From contig CP145425.1 in the NCBI GenBank assembly GCA_036867785.1, forward strand, positions 620,001 to 684,000: a stretch of DNA of 64,000 nucleotides, given 5' to 3'. Source of the stretch: Plasmodiophora brassicae (taxonomy: Eukaryota). A model generated the notes under the pieces. That model did no database searches. It had not been told where the DNA came from and was given only the letters and a program-made list of their open reading frames with translations. This document shows positions 10,491 through 22,061 of this stretch, in pieces. The translations under genes and the position numbers were made by a program. The first letter of the stretch is position 1; every line of letters begins with the position of its first letter.

Positions 10491-13400
10491 TGTAGACGGT
10501 GGAGCAGTGCAGCATGCCCTGTCGCAGCCAGAGATACCAAGAACAGCATCTAGGAGAGGCAGCCCTAAGACCAGGAGAGTCCGTACGGCATGCGGGAAGG
10601 CCGGACGGGGTAGAGGAGAAGGATCGAGAGATCTGGGAACGAGGACGCTGAGGTTCTCTATACACGATCTACAAAACCGGTTTTAGCCGATCGACGAGAT
10701 CCAAAGCACTATGGCACGACGATTGAAGCCCGGGCAGCAGCCAATGACGGAGGGGCTGGACCCGAGCTCACTGAAGAAGTTGGAGGAGCAGTACACGGAC
10801 TACTGTCGCATCACGTCGGAGGCGGAGGCGTACCTGCCGGAGCGAGAACGACGCGGCCCAGTCTCAATCCGGAACTGCTTCAAGTTTCATGAACGACAGG
10901 CAATTGCGATGGACGAGCTGGGACTCCAGGATGAGCAGGAGATGACGGACGCTCACCTCGAGGCGTGGATGGCCGAGGAGATTGCACAGCTGGGGAGCCG
11001 AATGGCGCACAATCTGAAGGCGGCGGAGAAGTTGCTGGCGAACGAACTGGCCATGAACACGAAACTGCCATTCCTGATCGACAGGATCAAGTCGATACGA
11101 TTCGAGTTGCGGCGTCTGGTGTCCCAAAACGGCCTGGAGTGGATGAACGACGACCAGGCGGGGAGGCGCGTCTTCGGCAAGCTAGTGGTGGATGCCATCA
11201 AGCCGATTCCGCTGCAGAAACACATGGTCGACTGGGTAGAACGGGATCCAGAAGCGCGCACTGGCGACATCGAGGGTCTGTTCCAGGAAGCCATCCGATA
11301 CGCGAATTCGGTCGTCGATGTGCTGGGCAACCCGAGCACATCTGACAAGGAGACGGTCGCCCAACTGAGGGCAATCGCGAAGGGCAATGGCGGCAACTAC
11401 CCTCGCGGTGTTAAGGTCAACAAGCGAGGCGGTCGACGGTCCCCGGAACCCACTCCCAAGCGTCAACGATTCGGTGGCGGATTCCAGCGCAACGGACGCG
11501 GTCATGAGCGCGAAGGCCCGAACGGACGACGCGGAGAAGGTCATGGTCGACACAAGACTGAAGGACACGGTCGGGACACGCCGGAAGGACAGCAGGAAGT
11601 CGTACCTGCGGGAGGCGGAAGCCAGCGAAACGGAGGACGTAATCGAGAAGATGAGCACGACGGCAACCGTGACACGAAGAAATCCCCCAAAGGTGGTTGT
11701 TTCCGATGCAAGGGCGATCACTACGTGAGCGACTGCCCGCAACCGCCAACGGAGGAGGAGCGCCGTGGTCGTGGCAACCGCGGAATAAACGCGGCACGTG
11801 TTCGAACGTACGATGGTGATGCAAGCGATGACACTCTGAGGGCAACCATCGGGGAGACCACATTCGAGTGCGCTCTGGATTCCGAATGTCGTGGAGGCAA
11901 CGTCATACCGGCGAACATTGCAGAACGGCTTGACGATGCAGCTGCGATACAGGAGATTGATCCGATCGAGATTGTCCTGGGTGATGACAAGACCACTGAG
12001 GTCTGCTCGAAGGTCCTTGCCGTTCCGATCATGAAACTGCACGGCGAACACGGGACATTGACGCTGTACAACATGCGATTCTACATCTCGACGATGATTG
12101 CGAAGACGCTGCTCGGAAACCCGATTCTCACGGCTATGGGAATTGATCCCAAACAGCAGTTGGAGTCGCTGATGTTAACGAACGTTGGGGTCATGCAGTT
12201 CGATGCTGACTCGCTCGAGACGGTGGAGAGGGTGACGGCCAAGATGATCGAACTGAGCGCCAACCACGGATGCAACCCCTACGCGAACGGCGAAGGCGAG
12301 CCGACGCGCAGTGAGATCGATCTCGGAAAGGTTGATCCGTCTGGTATCAGCAAGGCTGTCAACGACATGATCAAGCAGGCTAAGAAGAATGGCATTTCGA
12401 GGCAAGGCTTGAGGCGACTGCGGAAGATCTTGAACAAGCACATGAACGAATTCCGTACGACGCTGGGGTCTGATCCACCTGTGGACGTGGAACCACTGAG
12501 GACGGACCTGAAGGACGGTGCCACACCATATCGGTGCAAGCCGCGCATGTACAATCCGAAGCAAAAGGAGTTCTTGACGGACATGATACGGATGCTGAAG
12601 GACAACGGCCGGATCTTTGCGAATATGAACTCGAAGTGGGCCAGTCCTGTCCTGATCGTCAAGAAGCCACACGGAGACGGCTACCGACTATGCGTCGACC
12701 TTCGACAGGTGAACCTGCGATCTGAGCCAACTGTCTGGCCCATGCCGAACATCGAGGCGGGAGCCCGCAAGCTCGAAGGTATGTCGTGTTTCTTCAGCTT
12801 GGATGCCTTCAAGGGCTTCTGGTTGATGCCTCTGGACAAATCTTGTCAAGAGATGTTTTCATTCATGACAGACGATTCGGTTTGGACACCTACACGAAGC
12901 ATCCAGGGCGGACTGAACACGGCCCCGCAATTCCAAGCAAGGATGGTGAACATCTTCGACGACCTGATGGATCGAATGATGGTCTGGATTGATGATCTGC
13001 TGGGATTCGCGAAGACGGAGGCCGAGCTTCTGGAACTGCTGGCCAACGTATTCGAACGGGCACGCGAAGTCGGACTGAAGTTCAACCCTACGAAATGCAC
13101 GATCTTCGCCAGGGAGCTGGTGTGGTGCGGGAAGATCTACTCTGGCAACGGCATTCGACATGACCCGGAACGGATAGCAGCTCTGACAAGCATGCCGGAG
13201 CCGAAGACGGTTAAAGACCTGCAGCAACTGATGTGGGCGGTGGGATGGATGCGCACGAGCATCCCGGACTACCCGTACATCATCGAGCCACTACAGGAGG
13301 TCGTTGACCGGGCGAATGAGGAGCTGAAACGAACGAAGTCCAGTTCTTATGCCTCATTGACGGTGGACGCGATGGGCTGGTCTGAACGACAACGAGAAGC

Positions 13401-16400
13401 ATTCGAGAAGCTGCGGGCGGTGCTGGTCGAACACGTGCAACTGGCCTACCCCAAGAAGGATTTCCAGACCTGCCTCTTCACGGACGCAAGCGAATTCGCA
13501 TGGTCGGCGGTCGTGACTCAGATTCCAATGGAGGACATCGAATTGCCGATCAGTGAGCAACGACATGAACCGCTGGCGTTCTACGGGAAACGCTTCGACA
13601 ACACGCAGCTACGATGGCCTATCATAGAGAAAGAGGCAGCGGCGATCGTCCAGGCGACTACGCGAGGCGATTTCTTGCTGCAAACCGGACGTGAGTTCCT
13701 GCTCTACTGCGATCATCGGAATCTACGATACATCTTCAACAACGACATGGAGATGAAGAAGCACACAGCCGCAAAGCTGGAGCGGTGGTCCGTTCATCTG
13801 CAAGGATTCCGATACAAAATGGTGGACATCAGCGGGGAGGACAATGCGTGGGCAGATCTACTGACGCGATGGGGCGCGGGTCGAATCGCGCTTACGTGTC
13901 GGGCAACTCGAGTCATGTCCATGGAAGACCTGCGAGTAACCCCCATGGCGCACGACGGATTCGAATGGCCTCGTGAAGCCGACATACGACAATCCCAGAA
14001 GCTGCTGACCGATGACGAGAAGGCAGCATTCAAGGCGCAATGGGATGATCGCGACAAACTGTGGAAATCTGACTCTGGACAGGTGTTAATTCCAAGCCAT
14101 GACGACGCAGAGACGTTACGACTACGGATCCTGGTCGTGGCGCACTGCGGCAGTGCTATGCATCGTGGCGGGACAACCACCAGAGAAGCGGTTATGAGAC
14201 GATTCCGCTGGGCTGGAGTGGAGGAGCACGTGCAACAAATGTGCGATCAGTGCATGCACTGCGTCATCACTCGAGGAGGAGAACGGATTCCGCGGCCGCT
14301 GGGTCAGGCTGTTCACGGTCACGAAAGGTTTCAGGTGCTGCATATGGACTACATGTACGTCGAGCCGGTTCGCGGAGCGGACCACGACTACAAGTACATA
14401 TTGCTGCTCAAGGACGACTTCTCGGGACTTGTCCGCCTGATTCCTTGCACGAACGCGACGGCCCGAACTGCAGCTGATTCCCTGATGGCGTGGATCGCTG
14501 ACTTCGGGACGCCAGAGATCCTGGTTACCGATGGTGGTTCACATTTCACCGCTGAGGTGATGGAGGATTTGAGTCGGCTACGTCACGTTGCGCATCACAT
14601 CACGCTGGCGTACTGCCCATGGTCGAATGGAACGGTCGAACGGGCGAATGGAACGGTCGTGGAGATGCTGAGGAGCCTACTGAATGAGAACCAGATCGAC
14701 ACCCACAACTGGCCGTACGCATGTCAGCTGGTGCAACACGCCATGAACCATACGCCTTCAAAGCGTCGTGGAGGTCATGCACCGGTGACGGCGGCGTTTG
14801 GCATCCAACCGGAGAATCCTCTAGACCTGATCTGGGACTTGAAGGCTAGCAATTGGCGACCTGTGAATCCTGCGACCATTACTCAGCACATCGAGAAGAT
14901 GAAGGATGATTTCGACAACATACACAAGGATGTCGAGATGGGCAAAGAGAAGCGGCATCGAGCCAATGTCCAGCAGCGCAACAGGCAGCTGCGTCCTGGA
15001 GACGATGAAGCGTTCATTCCAGGTGACTACGTCTTGTGCGCACGACCGAACATGGGCCCGGGGAACAAACTGATCGCCAAGTGGAATGGCCCATTCCGTG
15101 TGCTGCAGCGACTGAACGATCAGGTGTACCTGCTGTACGATCCTCTTCACGAGAAGGAGTTTCGGGCGCACATCCAACGGATCAGACGATACGCTGATGG
15201 GAAGTTGAACATGACGGCGACGATGAAGAAGCATCTTCAGCACTCGAATCACAAGCTCTTGGTGGAGAATCTAGCTGACTGCCGATACAATGCGAGCGAG
15301 AAGCGAGTCGAAATCAAAGTGCTCTGGGAAGGATTCGAGGAAGCGGACGCCACATGGGAACCGGCGGACATCATAATCGAGGACGTGCCGACGATGGTTC
15401 GTGATCTGTATGACCGACTGGGAGATGACCACCCTCAGGCGGAGGAATTGCGAACACTGTTGAACTCGGCGGCGACGAACGGGAATCGCCAGCCTGCCTC
15501 GAAACGACGTCAAGCAAAAGGAGCGCGACGTCAGAGGACTAAACGACCACGGAATTGACGATATGATGACCGGCCGGCTGGAACATGGTAAAATAGCTGG
15601 TCGAAGGTTGCTAACTGTACATAGGCAACGAGGAACAACGACGCGAAAACGGAAAGGACGTCGATCGGACGCACGGTGCGCGGAGCACCTGCGTGGGCAC
15701 GGGGCCCGAACCACTGGGCATGGGACTCAGTCTGGGAACATTCAGCAAATTGGCCACTGAATGGGATCATGTACCAAATGGAAACCAACGGTACGGAACT
15801 CGCATATGCATGGGGAAACACTCCACCACAGTCGGATCCTAAAGATTGGACTTCGGCTAACCCTGGTAGTCAAACGGACGCCAGTCATCGGACTCCTAAA
15901 GATTGGGCTTCGGTGAACCGATATCGGATGGGAACGGAACTAACTACGGATGCACATGGCTGGACGCGGTGTGGGTATTCGTGGTGGTTGCGAGCGGAAC
16001 TTACTGGACGCAGTAGTGAGCTCACAACCGGCGCTGATGTAGTGTGTTGGACGCAACTCACAGAATCAGTGCATGGGGAACGGGAACTGGAATTGGATGG
16101 AACTGGGTGCGAATTGGGAACTGTGGGAGTTGGAAATGGTGCCTTAATGTCGGCGTATGACTTGTCGTACACCACATGGGGACGGTTGGATGGATCACTG
16201 GGAAATATGGACCGTTTGGTGACTCGCTGGAGTGATTTGGAATGGATGGGTGCCTGTAACGAGGTGACCACCTCCCACGTGGGGGTGGATGTCGTCAGTA
16301 TGGCTGAGAACTGTTAGCACTATGCTGACATGGTCCGGCGAATCTGATTCACTCAACTCCGTCCTTATTGCGATGAGTCTAATCTCAAGAAACGGGCGTG

Positions 16401-16693
16401 ACCAATCTGAACGCGCACACGAACCAAGTAACGCCTACGTGTCGCACGAATGCAGCAACGAGCCTACGTATCTCTACGTCTGCATCCAGGTCATGTTCGG
16501 AAAAGGGCAGTGTAGACGGTGGAGCAGTGCAGCATGCCCTGTCGCAGCCAGAGATACCAAGAACAGCATCTAGGAGAGGCAGCCCTAAGACCAGGAGAGT
16601 CCGTACGGCATGCGGGAAGGCCGGACGGGGTAGAGGAGAAGGATCGAGAGATCTGGGAACGAGGACGCTGAGGTTCTCTATACACGATCTACA
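10491..16693 (+). mobile_element. Full-length Ty3/Gypsy LTR retrotransposon, family W1
   Basis: Identical 183-bp LTRs (10491-10673, 16511-16693; TGTAG...CTACA), 4-bp TSD CTAC, purine tract GGAAAAGGGCAG before the 3' LTR. Confidence 0.97.
10711..15558 (+). CDS. Gag-Pol polyprotein, 1615 aa: Gag zinc knuckle, protease, RT, RNase H, integrase, chromodomain
   Basis: CFRCKGDHYVSDC; LDSE; YRLCVDLR..LDAFKGFW..WIDD; FTDAS..EKEA..YCDH; HMDY..TDGGSHF..NGTVER; GPF; VLWEGFEEADATWEP. Confidence 0.96.
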   Translation: MARRLKPGQQPMTEGLDPSSLKKLEEQYTDYCRITSEAEAYLPERERRGPVSIRNCFKFHERQAIAMDELGLQDEQEMTDAHLEAWMAEEIAQLGSRMAHNLKAAEKLLANELAMNTKLPFLIDRIKSIRFELRRLVSQNGLEWMNDDQAGRRVFGKLVVDAIKPIPLQKHMVDWVERDPEARTGDIEGLFQEAIRYANSVVDVLGNPSTSDKETVAQLRAIAKGNGGNYPRGVKVNKRGGRRSPEPTPKRQRFGGGFQRNGRGHEREGPNGRRGEGHGRHKTEGHGRDTPEGQQEVVPAGGGSQRNGGRNREDEHDGNRDTKKSPKGGCFRCKGDHYVSDCPQPPTEEERRGRGNRGINAARVRTYDGDASDDTLRATIGETTFECALDSECRGGNVIPANIAERLDDAAAIQEIDPIEIVLGDDKTTEVCSKVLAVPIMKLHGEHGTLTLYNMRFYISTMIAKTLLGNPILTAMGIDPKQQLESLMLTNVGVMQFDADSLETVERVTAKMIELSANHGCNPYANGEGEPTRSEIDLGKVDPSGISKAVNDMIKQAKKNGISRQGLRRLRKILNKHMNEFRTTLGSDPPVDVEPLRTDLKDGATPYRCKPRMYNPKQKEFLTDMIRMLKDNGRIFANMNSKWASPVLIVKKPHGDGYRLCVDLRQVNLRSEPTVWPMPNIEAGARKLEGMSCFFSLDAFKGFWLMPLDKSCQEMFSFMTDDSVWTPTRSIQGGLNTAPQFQARMVNIFDDLMDRMMVWIDDLLGFAKTEAELLELLANVFERAREVGLKFNPTKCTIFARELVWCGKIYSGNGIRHDPERIAALTSMPEPKTVKDLQQLMWAVGWMRTSIPDYPYIIEPLQEVVDRANEELKRTKSSSYASLTVDAMGWSERQREAFEKLRAVLVEHVQLAYPKKDFQTCLFTDASEFAWSAVVTQIPMEDIELPISEQRHEPLAFYGKRFDNTQLRWPIIEKEAAAIVQATTRGDFLLQTGREFLLYCDHRNLRYIFNNDMEMKKHTAAKLERWSVHLQGFRYKMVDISGEDNAWADLLTRWGAGRIALTCRATRVMSMEDLRVTPMAHDGFEWPREADIRQSQKLLTDDEKAAFKAQWDDRDKLWKSDSGQVLIPSHDDAETLRLRILVVAHCGSAMHRGGTTTREAVMRRFRWAGVEEHVQQMCDQCMHCVITRGGERIPRPLGQAVHGHERFQVLHMDYMYVEPVRGADHDYKYILLLKDDFSGLVRLIPCTNATARTAADSLMAWIADFGTPEILVTDGGSHFTAEVMEDLSRLRHVAHHITLAYCPWSNGTVERANGTVVEMLRSLLNENQIDTHNWPYACQLVQHAMNHTPSKRRGGHAPVTAAFGIQPENPLDLIWDLKASNWRPVNPATITQHIEKMKDDFDNIHKDVEMGKEKRHRANVQQRNRQLRPGDDEAFIPGDYVLCARPNMGPGNKLIAKWNGPFRVLQRLNDQVYLLYDPLHEKEFRAHIQRIRRYADGKLNMTATMKKHLQHSNHKLLVENLADCRYNASEKRVEIKVLWEGFEEADATWEPADIIIEDVPTMVRDLYDRLGDDHPQAEELRTLLNSAATNGNRQPASKRRQAKGARRQRTKRPRN

Positions 16694-16944
16694 CTACGGA
16701 TCGGACACCATTCCTGAAAATAGGACATAGTGGGAGTAGACTGCAGCAACACAGGAGGTACAAGTACACGACTGGACCCACGGCGTTCAGAGTCACAGCT
16801 ACCATGAGTCACGAGCCACTAATAGCACGACCACTGTGCAACACAGCCTACAACAAGAGGCTCGAAGAAGCGCGAGACGCAATATATAGAATCCCCCCGC
16901 CAGGCAACGGGCCTAGCAACAAGTCGACATCCAGGCAGACATCA

Positions 16945-17156
16945 ATACTGTGCCTTTATGGCGGAAGAAGGGCAGGGAAGGTCTCACAAAAATGCGCAGT
17001 CACAAAACTGTGCCGGTGACCTCCGCCAGAATACCTGTACATACCTACTTACCTATCAACAAGGTTTAACAGCATCCAGCGCATTGGATTTGTTTATTCA
17101 ACCCTGCCATCCGCACCCGTTCGAAGGATGCGAGCCCGGGCACCGACGCTTCTTAA
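16945..17156 (-). mobile_element. Crypton 3'-terminal fragment (212 bp)
   Basis: Near-identical to 25858-26069; ends at the TTAA where a piggyBac-like end begins. Confidence 0.8.
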
Positions 17157-17697
17157 CCCCAAACTCCGTGGATGACATACTATGTCATGCACAGGCCTCT
17201 TTAAAGTAGAACATTGCCCTATTCGTACTATTCTAGCTTAAATAGTACACCTTGGGACGCTTAGAATAGTACATCTAGTACATCTACAGAATTCTGTCCA
17301 GTAGACGCCCTAGAATCGATCTAAGCTTAGTGTTTATCAATGCAGCAGGCCCTAGAAACGATTTGCCACATCCTGGAGTGCGCGGTATTGCTTGGCATAC
17401 ATGAATATTCCTTCCAGAACGAAATCTGTCATGGCGGCGCAATAGGCATTCCGGCGATAGGACATTAAGGAGAAGTCACCCTCGACCCGACTAGTGGTTG
17501 GCATCACGGGATACAGTTGTTGAGCCGTCATCCTCTGTTGCACAGTCGGGTTCAAATACATCCAAGCGGACCAAGCCCGTGTCACCGGCAGGTTCTTTGT
17601 CACGATCAGGCAAGCTGATGCAACGAACGCTTTGACGGACTGGCGAAGTCCGTCGCGGGGTTCGGGATTTATTCAGTTATCACAGAATAGTCCTCTT

Positions 17698-20690
17698 CTA
17701 GCGATTGGGTCTCCGCCGGTTTCGGGAGCGAGGGCCAGGTTTATCGGGATATCGAGCATGAAATTCAGCAATCGCTTGGTCCAGGCCTCCTGTCCCATGG
17801 AGATTGCCCGCGGGTTCCCAGGTGCGATCGGACGGGGAGTATCCTTCCCAATCTATGAGATATTGCAACCGCCCCGACCGGTATCGGGAATCCAAGATCG
17901 ACTTAACGATGAACAGGGGCTGGTCGTCATCTTCCAATACAATGGGCGGCGGCGGTGGCTGTTGGCGATGTGGAAGGACATTAGGCGTATACGGTTCCAG
18001 CTGTGACACATGGAAGACGTTATGTAGGCGCGAGGTAGGAGGCAGCTTCACTTCGTATGCGACGGGGTTAACTGTGCGAACAACTTGGAAGGGTCCCAGC
18101 AGACGGTCATCCAGTTTCCCGCACGGGCGGCCAGTCGATAAGGTTCCACGCCTGAGCATGACGAGATCGCCCACCTGCAGTGGTGGTGGTTCGCGGCGAC
18201 GGCGATCCGCAGAGCGCTTCATAGCGTCGACCGCCCGTTGCAGTTGGCCCTTCAAGTAGCGGCGAACCTTCTCAAGGAATTCGGCACGCTCATCGGCGGC
18301 TGGGTTACAGACTTGGCCATTCCTGGGTCGAGGCTCCGTCACCCTTGGATGAAACCCGTAGTTGGCGAAAAACGGCGACATGCCGGTGGCCGAATGGTCG
18401 GCGTTGTTGTACGCGAACTCGGCCATAGGCAGAAGTTGCAGCCAGTCGTCCTGCATGTAGCTAACATAGCAGCGTAAGTATTGTTCGAGGATCTGGTTCA
18501 CGCGTTCCGTCTGGCCGTCGGATTCCGGGTGCCGGGATGAAGACAAGTTCCGTTGGATACCAAGACGGTCCAGTAAGTGCTTCCAGAAGGCCGACACGAA
18601 CTGGGGCCCCCGGTCGGAGACGATGTCGTCCGGTAGGCCATGCAGGCGGAATATCTGCTGCAAAAACAGGTCGGACAGCTCGACCGCTGTGAGGGTCTCC
18701 TTGCACGGAATGAAGTGGGCCATTTTCGAAAACCGGTCGACGACGACGAGGACCGAATCGTAGCCGTCGGAAACTGGAAGCTTGACAATTAGATCCATTG
18801 AGATCGATGACCACAGAGAACTCGGCAAGGGAAGAGGCAGCAGGAGCCCGGACGGTTTGTGGCGCGGAGACTTGCTTCTCTGACAAATGTCGCAGGATGA
18901 GACGTACAGTTTGACGAAGGCCCTCATGCCAGGCCACCAAAATTCACGCTGGACAAGCCCAAGCGTTTTGCGGATACCAAAGTGACCAGAGGCCCTATTA
19001 TCGTGGAGTTGCCGGAGGATCTCGATCTTGCATTCGTCTCCGGAGACGACCAAGGAGCGTCCTTTGTACAGGAGGCCGTCTCTCAGGCAATACTTCCTAC
19101 CTTGAGGTCGGTCGAGCAGACCGGCAATCTTGGCGACGAACGGATCACTCGCTTGGTGTCGTCGGATACGGTCTAGGAGAGGCTCGGACGGAGCCGCCTC
19201 CGCGTGGACGGTGAACGCGTCCACCACGGGGGACGGAACTAGGCGATGAAGCGGGAGCAGTTGGAGAGATTGTTGCAGGATGCCTTCTTCAGACGCCGTC
19301 GGGACGTACTCCGGGCGGCGCGTCAAGGCGTCAGGTTTACCGTGCAAGCGGCCCGGTCGGTGCTGAATCATGAAGTCGAAGCCGCTAAGCAGTTGGGACC
19401 ATCGGATTTGGCGCGGATTAAGCTTGTGGGTCGTCATGAAGTACTTGAGGTTGCGGTGGTCGCTGTGCACAAGTGTCTGATGTTCATCCGAATCCAGGAA
19501 CTGGCGCCATTTCTCGAAGGACGCAACAACGGCCAGGAGCTCTTTGTCGTAGACCGCATATCGGATCTCAGCGGGGTCCAGTTTCCTCGAAAAGAACGCC
19601 AGAGGGTGTAAGTCCCCGTCACGGCCCCGTTGTGAGAGGACCATGGCAATGGCGAAGTCGGAGGCATCCGTTTCAATCTCGCACGGCACGCTAGGATCGA
19701 AGTGGGCGAGGACCGGAGCGCGTGTGAACGCGCTCTTCAGAGTTGCGAAGGCGGTCGAAGCAGTCTCGTTCCAGATAAATTCGGTTTCCCCGCGAGTAAG
19801 GTTCGTCAAGGGAAGTGCGATCTCCGCGAAATGCGGGATGAACTTTCGGTAGAAGTTGGCGAACCCAAGGAAGACTTGCAGCCCGTGGAGGTCACGCGGC
19901 GGGGCCCACGCGAGTATTGTGTCTACTCGGCTGGGATCCAACCGGAGGCCGTCCTTGGACACTAAGTAGCCGAGGAATTCGACCTCCGGTGCGTCGAACA
20001 AGCACTTAGACAGTTTGGCCGTCAGGCGCGCGGAGCGTAGACGTTCGAGCACCAAACGCACGTGCTGTTCATGTTCCTCAGCATTCTTGGAGAAAATCAA
20101 GATGTCGTCAAGGTAAACAACAACGAAACGGTCAATGAAGTCGCTGAATGTCTCGTTCATGAAGGCTTGAAAGGATGCCGGGGCGTTGGCAAGCCCGAAG
20201 GGCATAACCAGGTACTCGAACAATCCGTACGGTGTCCGGAATGCTGTCTTCCATTCGTCACCTTCGCGAATGCGGATCTGGTTGTACGCACTTCGAAGGT
20301 CGATCTTGGAGAAGACCGTTGCTTGACCGAGTGTCGAAAGCAGCTGGTCGATGAGCGGAAGTGGGTAACGGTTCTTCACGGTGACCGAGTTCAGGCCTCG
20401 GTAATCAACGCAAAGCCGTAACGAACCATCCTTCTTCTTCGCGAAAAGGATCGGCGCGCCGGCAGATGAACGCGACGGCCGTATGAAGTTCGACTGGAGG
20501 TTATCTTCCAAATACTTCTTGAGGGCTACCTGTTCGCGGGGAGACAAGCCGTAGAGGCGACAGAATGGAGGCTCCGTCCCCGGTTTCAGGTCGATCGAGC
20601 AGTCAGAGGCGCGGTGCGGCGGTAAGGATGTGGCGGTGGCCTCGTCGAACACGTCGGCAAAATCCTGGTATTTTTCAGGTATCTTCGTCT
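17698..20690 (-). CDS. S1 Pol: RT, RNase H, integrase, chromodomain
   Basis: [73 protein letters not shown]. Confidence 0.95.
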
Positions 20691-22061
20691 GCTCTGACTC
20701 GGGTGTCCTCGGTCCACGTATAATGGATGAGGTAGCACTGAGCGTCGTCCATGAGTGCGTCCAGGAACGGTTCGGCGTCGACTAGATGGATGGGAACGTT
20801 GGCCGCCAGAGGTTCTTCAGTGCTTGGTGCCGGCAAGGGAACGTGGTCGATCCGCGTCCCGTCGCCTTGATTAGAATCCGTGGGCCGTACGTCGCACGAC
20901 GACTGTGGAGCATCTCCGGCTAGAACGTCAGGGCCGGCGTTCGGCGGGGCGATCGGACAGGCGTCGTCAGATGACGTGTTTAGATAAGCACGAAGGTCGA
21001 CGCGTGCGGGTTCGCGGCACATAGTGACGAAGGCAAGCGCCCAAGCGGCCGCCACGATGGATGAGCACATGAACAGGCTGACCACCTGGCGTGCCCTGGA
21101 ACCGTCGTCCAAACGACAATCTGGTAGACGTCGACCGGCTCCCCGCCTGTGTCGCTGCTCCCGCGCCGGCGACGTTAGCCAGCCTGTCTGGTCGGGGAAC
21201 GATTCGAGCTCGAGGCAGTTCGCAGGGGTGTTACCGGTGTCAGCCGTTTCCAGGTCGCCAGCGGCTTTGTCCTGAGTCTCAATTGCGGCTGTCGCCAAGG
21301 ACTCTGCCACCCGGCGTTCATCGTTGGCCGCAGGCGGCAATGGTGTCACGATCAGGTCTTGTGCGGAAGTTGGATCTGGATGTTGTTTTGTGTTAACAGG
21401 CGCCTGGGCGATGAGCGGAGCTGCACTAGAGGCGTCCAGGGCCGGATAACGGCAGTCGTCGTGTGGCGCAGCCACGCTTGCCTCGGTTGTCTCAGCTTCT
21501 GCATGGCCAGGATCCGCCACAGTTGTCGGCGTTGACGTTGACGGCGAGGGGGGGCACTGGCGCGGCGAGACGAGCCGCCGGCGCCAATCCACATCTGGAT
21601 TAGTCTGGGCTAGCCAGGGCAGACCCAGGGATGACGGGATAGGTCGGCGAATTGATCAGATTCAGGACGATCTCACACGAGAACTGGGCGTCCACCGTCG
21701 TTCTCAACGGCTGAGTCTCCTGTGATATAGGTGCGAGCTGGCGGCCGTCGACAACGCGGACAGGTATCGGACGATGCGTCGGGCGGGTAGGCAGAACGTG
21801 GAGCCGCGCGAAGGACCAGTCGATAAAGTTGCTAGTCGCGCCACAGTCGATCAAGGCCGTTGTCGAGATACTTTCGGACCCGGTGTATATGGTCATCGGA
21901 AGTACGAGATGCGGGACAGAGCGGGCGTGGAGAAACATGAGATCGCTTATTTGAACAGGGTCGGGTTCGGATGACAATGCAGAGTTTACTGGGTGGCCGG
22001 CGAACCCGTTGGCGGTCACCCTTGGACATTTCCCGGTGCAACCGGCGGCCGTTTCGGGCAA
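20675..22061 (-). CDS. S1 aspartic protease plus ~300-aa linker with a hydrophobic helix (frameshifted near 21628 and ~20700)
   Basis: [13 protein letters not shown]. The expected VILGLPWL motif is split across frames. Linker ORF 20675-21592. Confidence 0.8.

Noticed and set aside
16248-16345. HDV-like ribozyme suggested by CCACCTCCCACGTGG
   Set aside because: The L3-like loop is present but I could not find matching P1/P1.1/P2 pairings; kept only as an unexplained shared motif.
16368-16402. Hammerhead-like GATGAG...GAAAC
   Set aside because: Lacks the CUGA core and proper stems I/III.
15559-16510. env-like extra ORF in the W1 3' region
   Set aside because: ORFs are short, lack a signal peptide or TM, and are broken by indels in the second copy.
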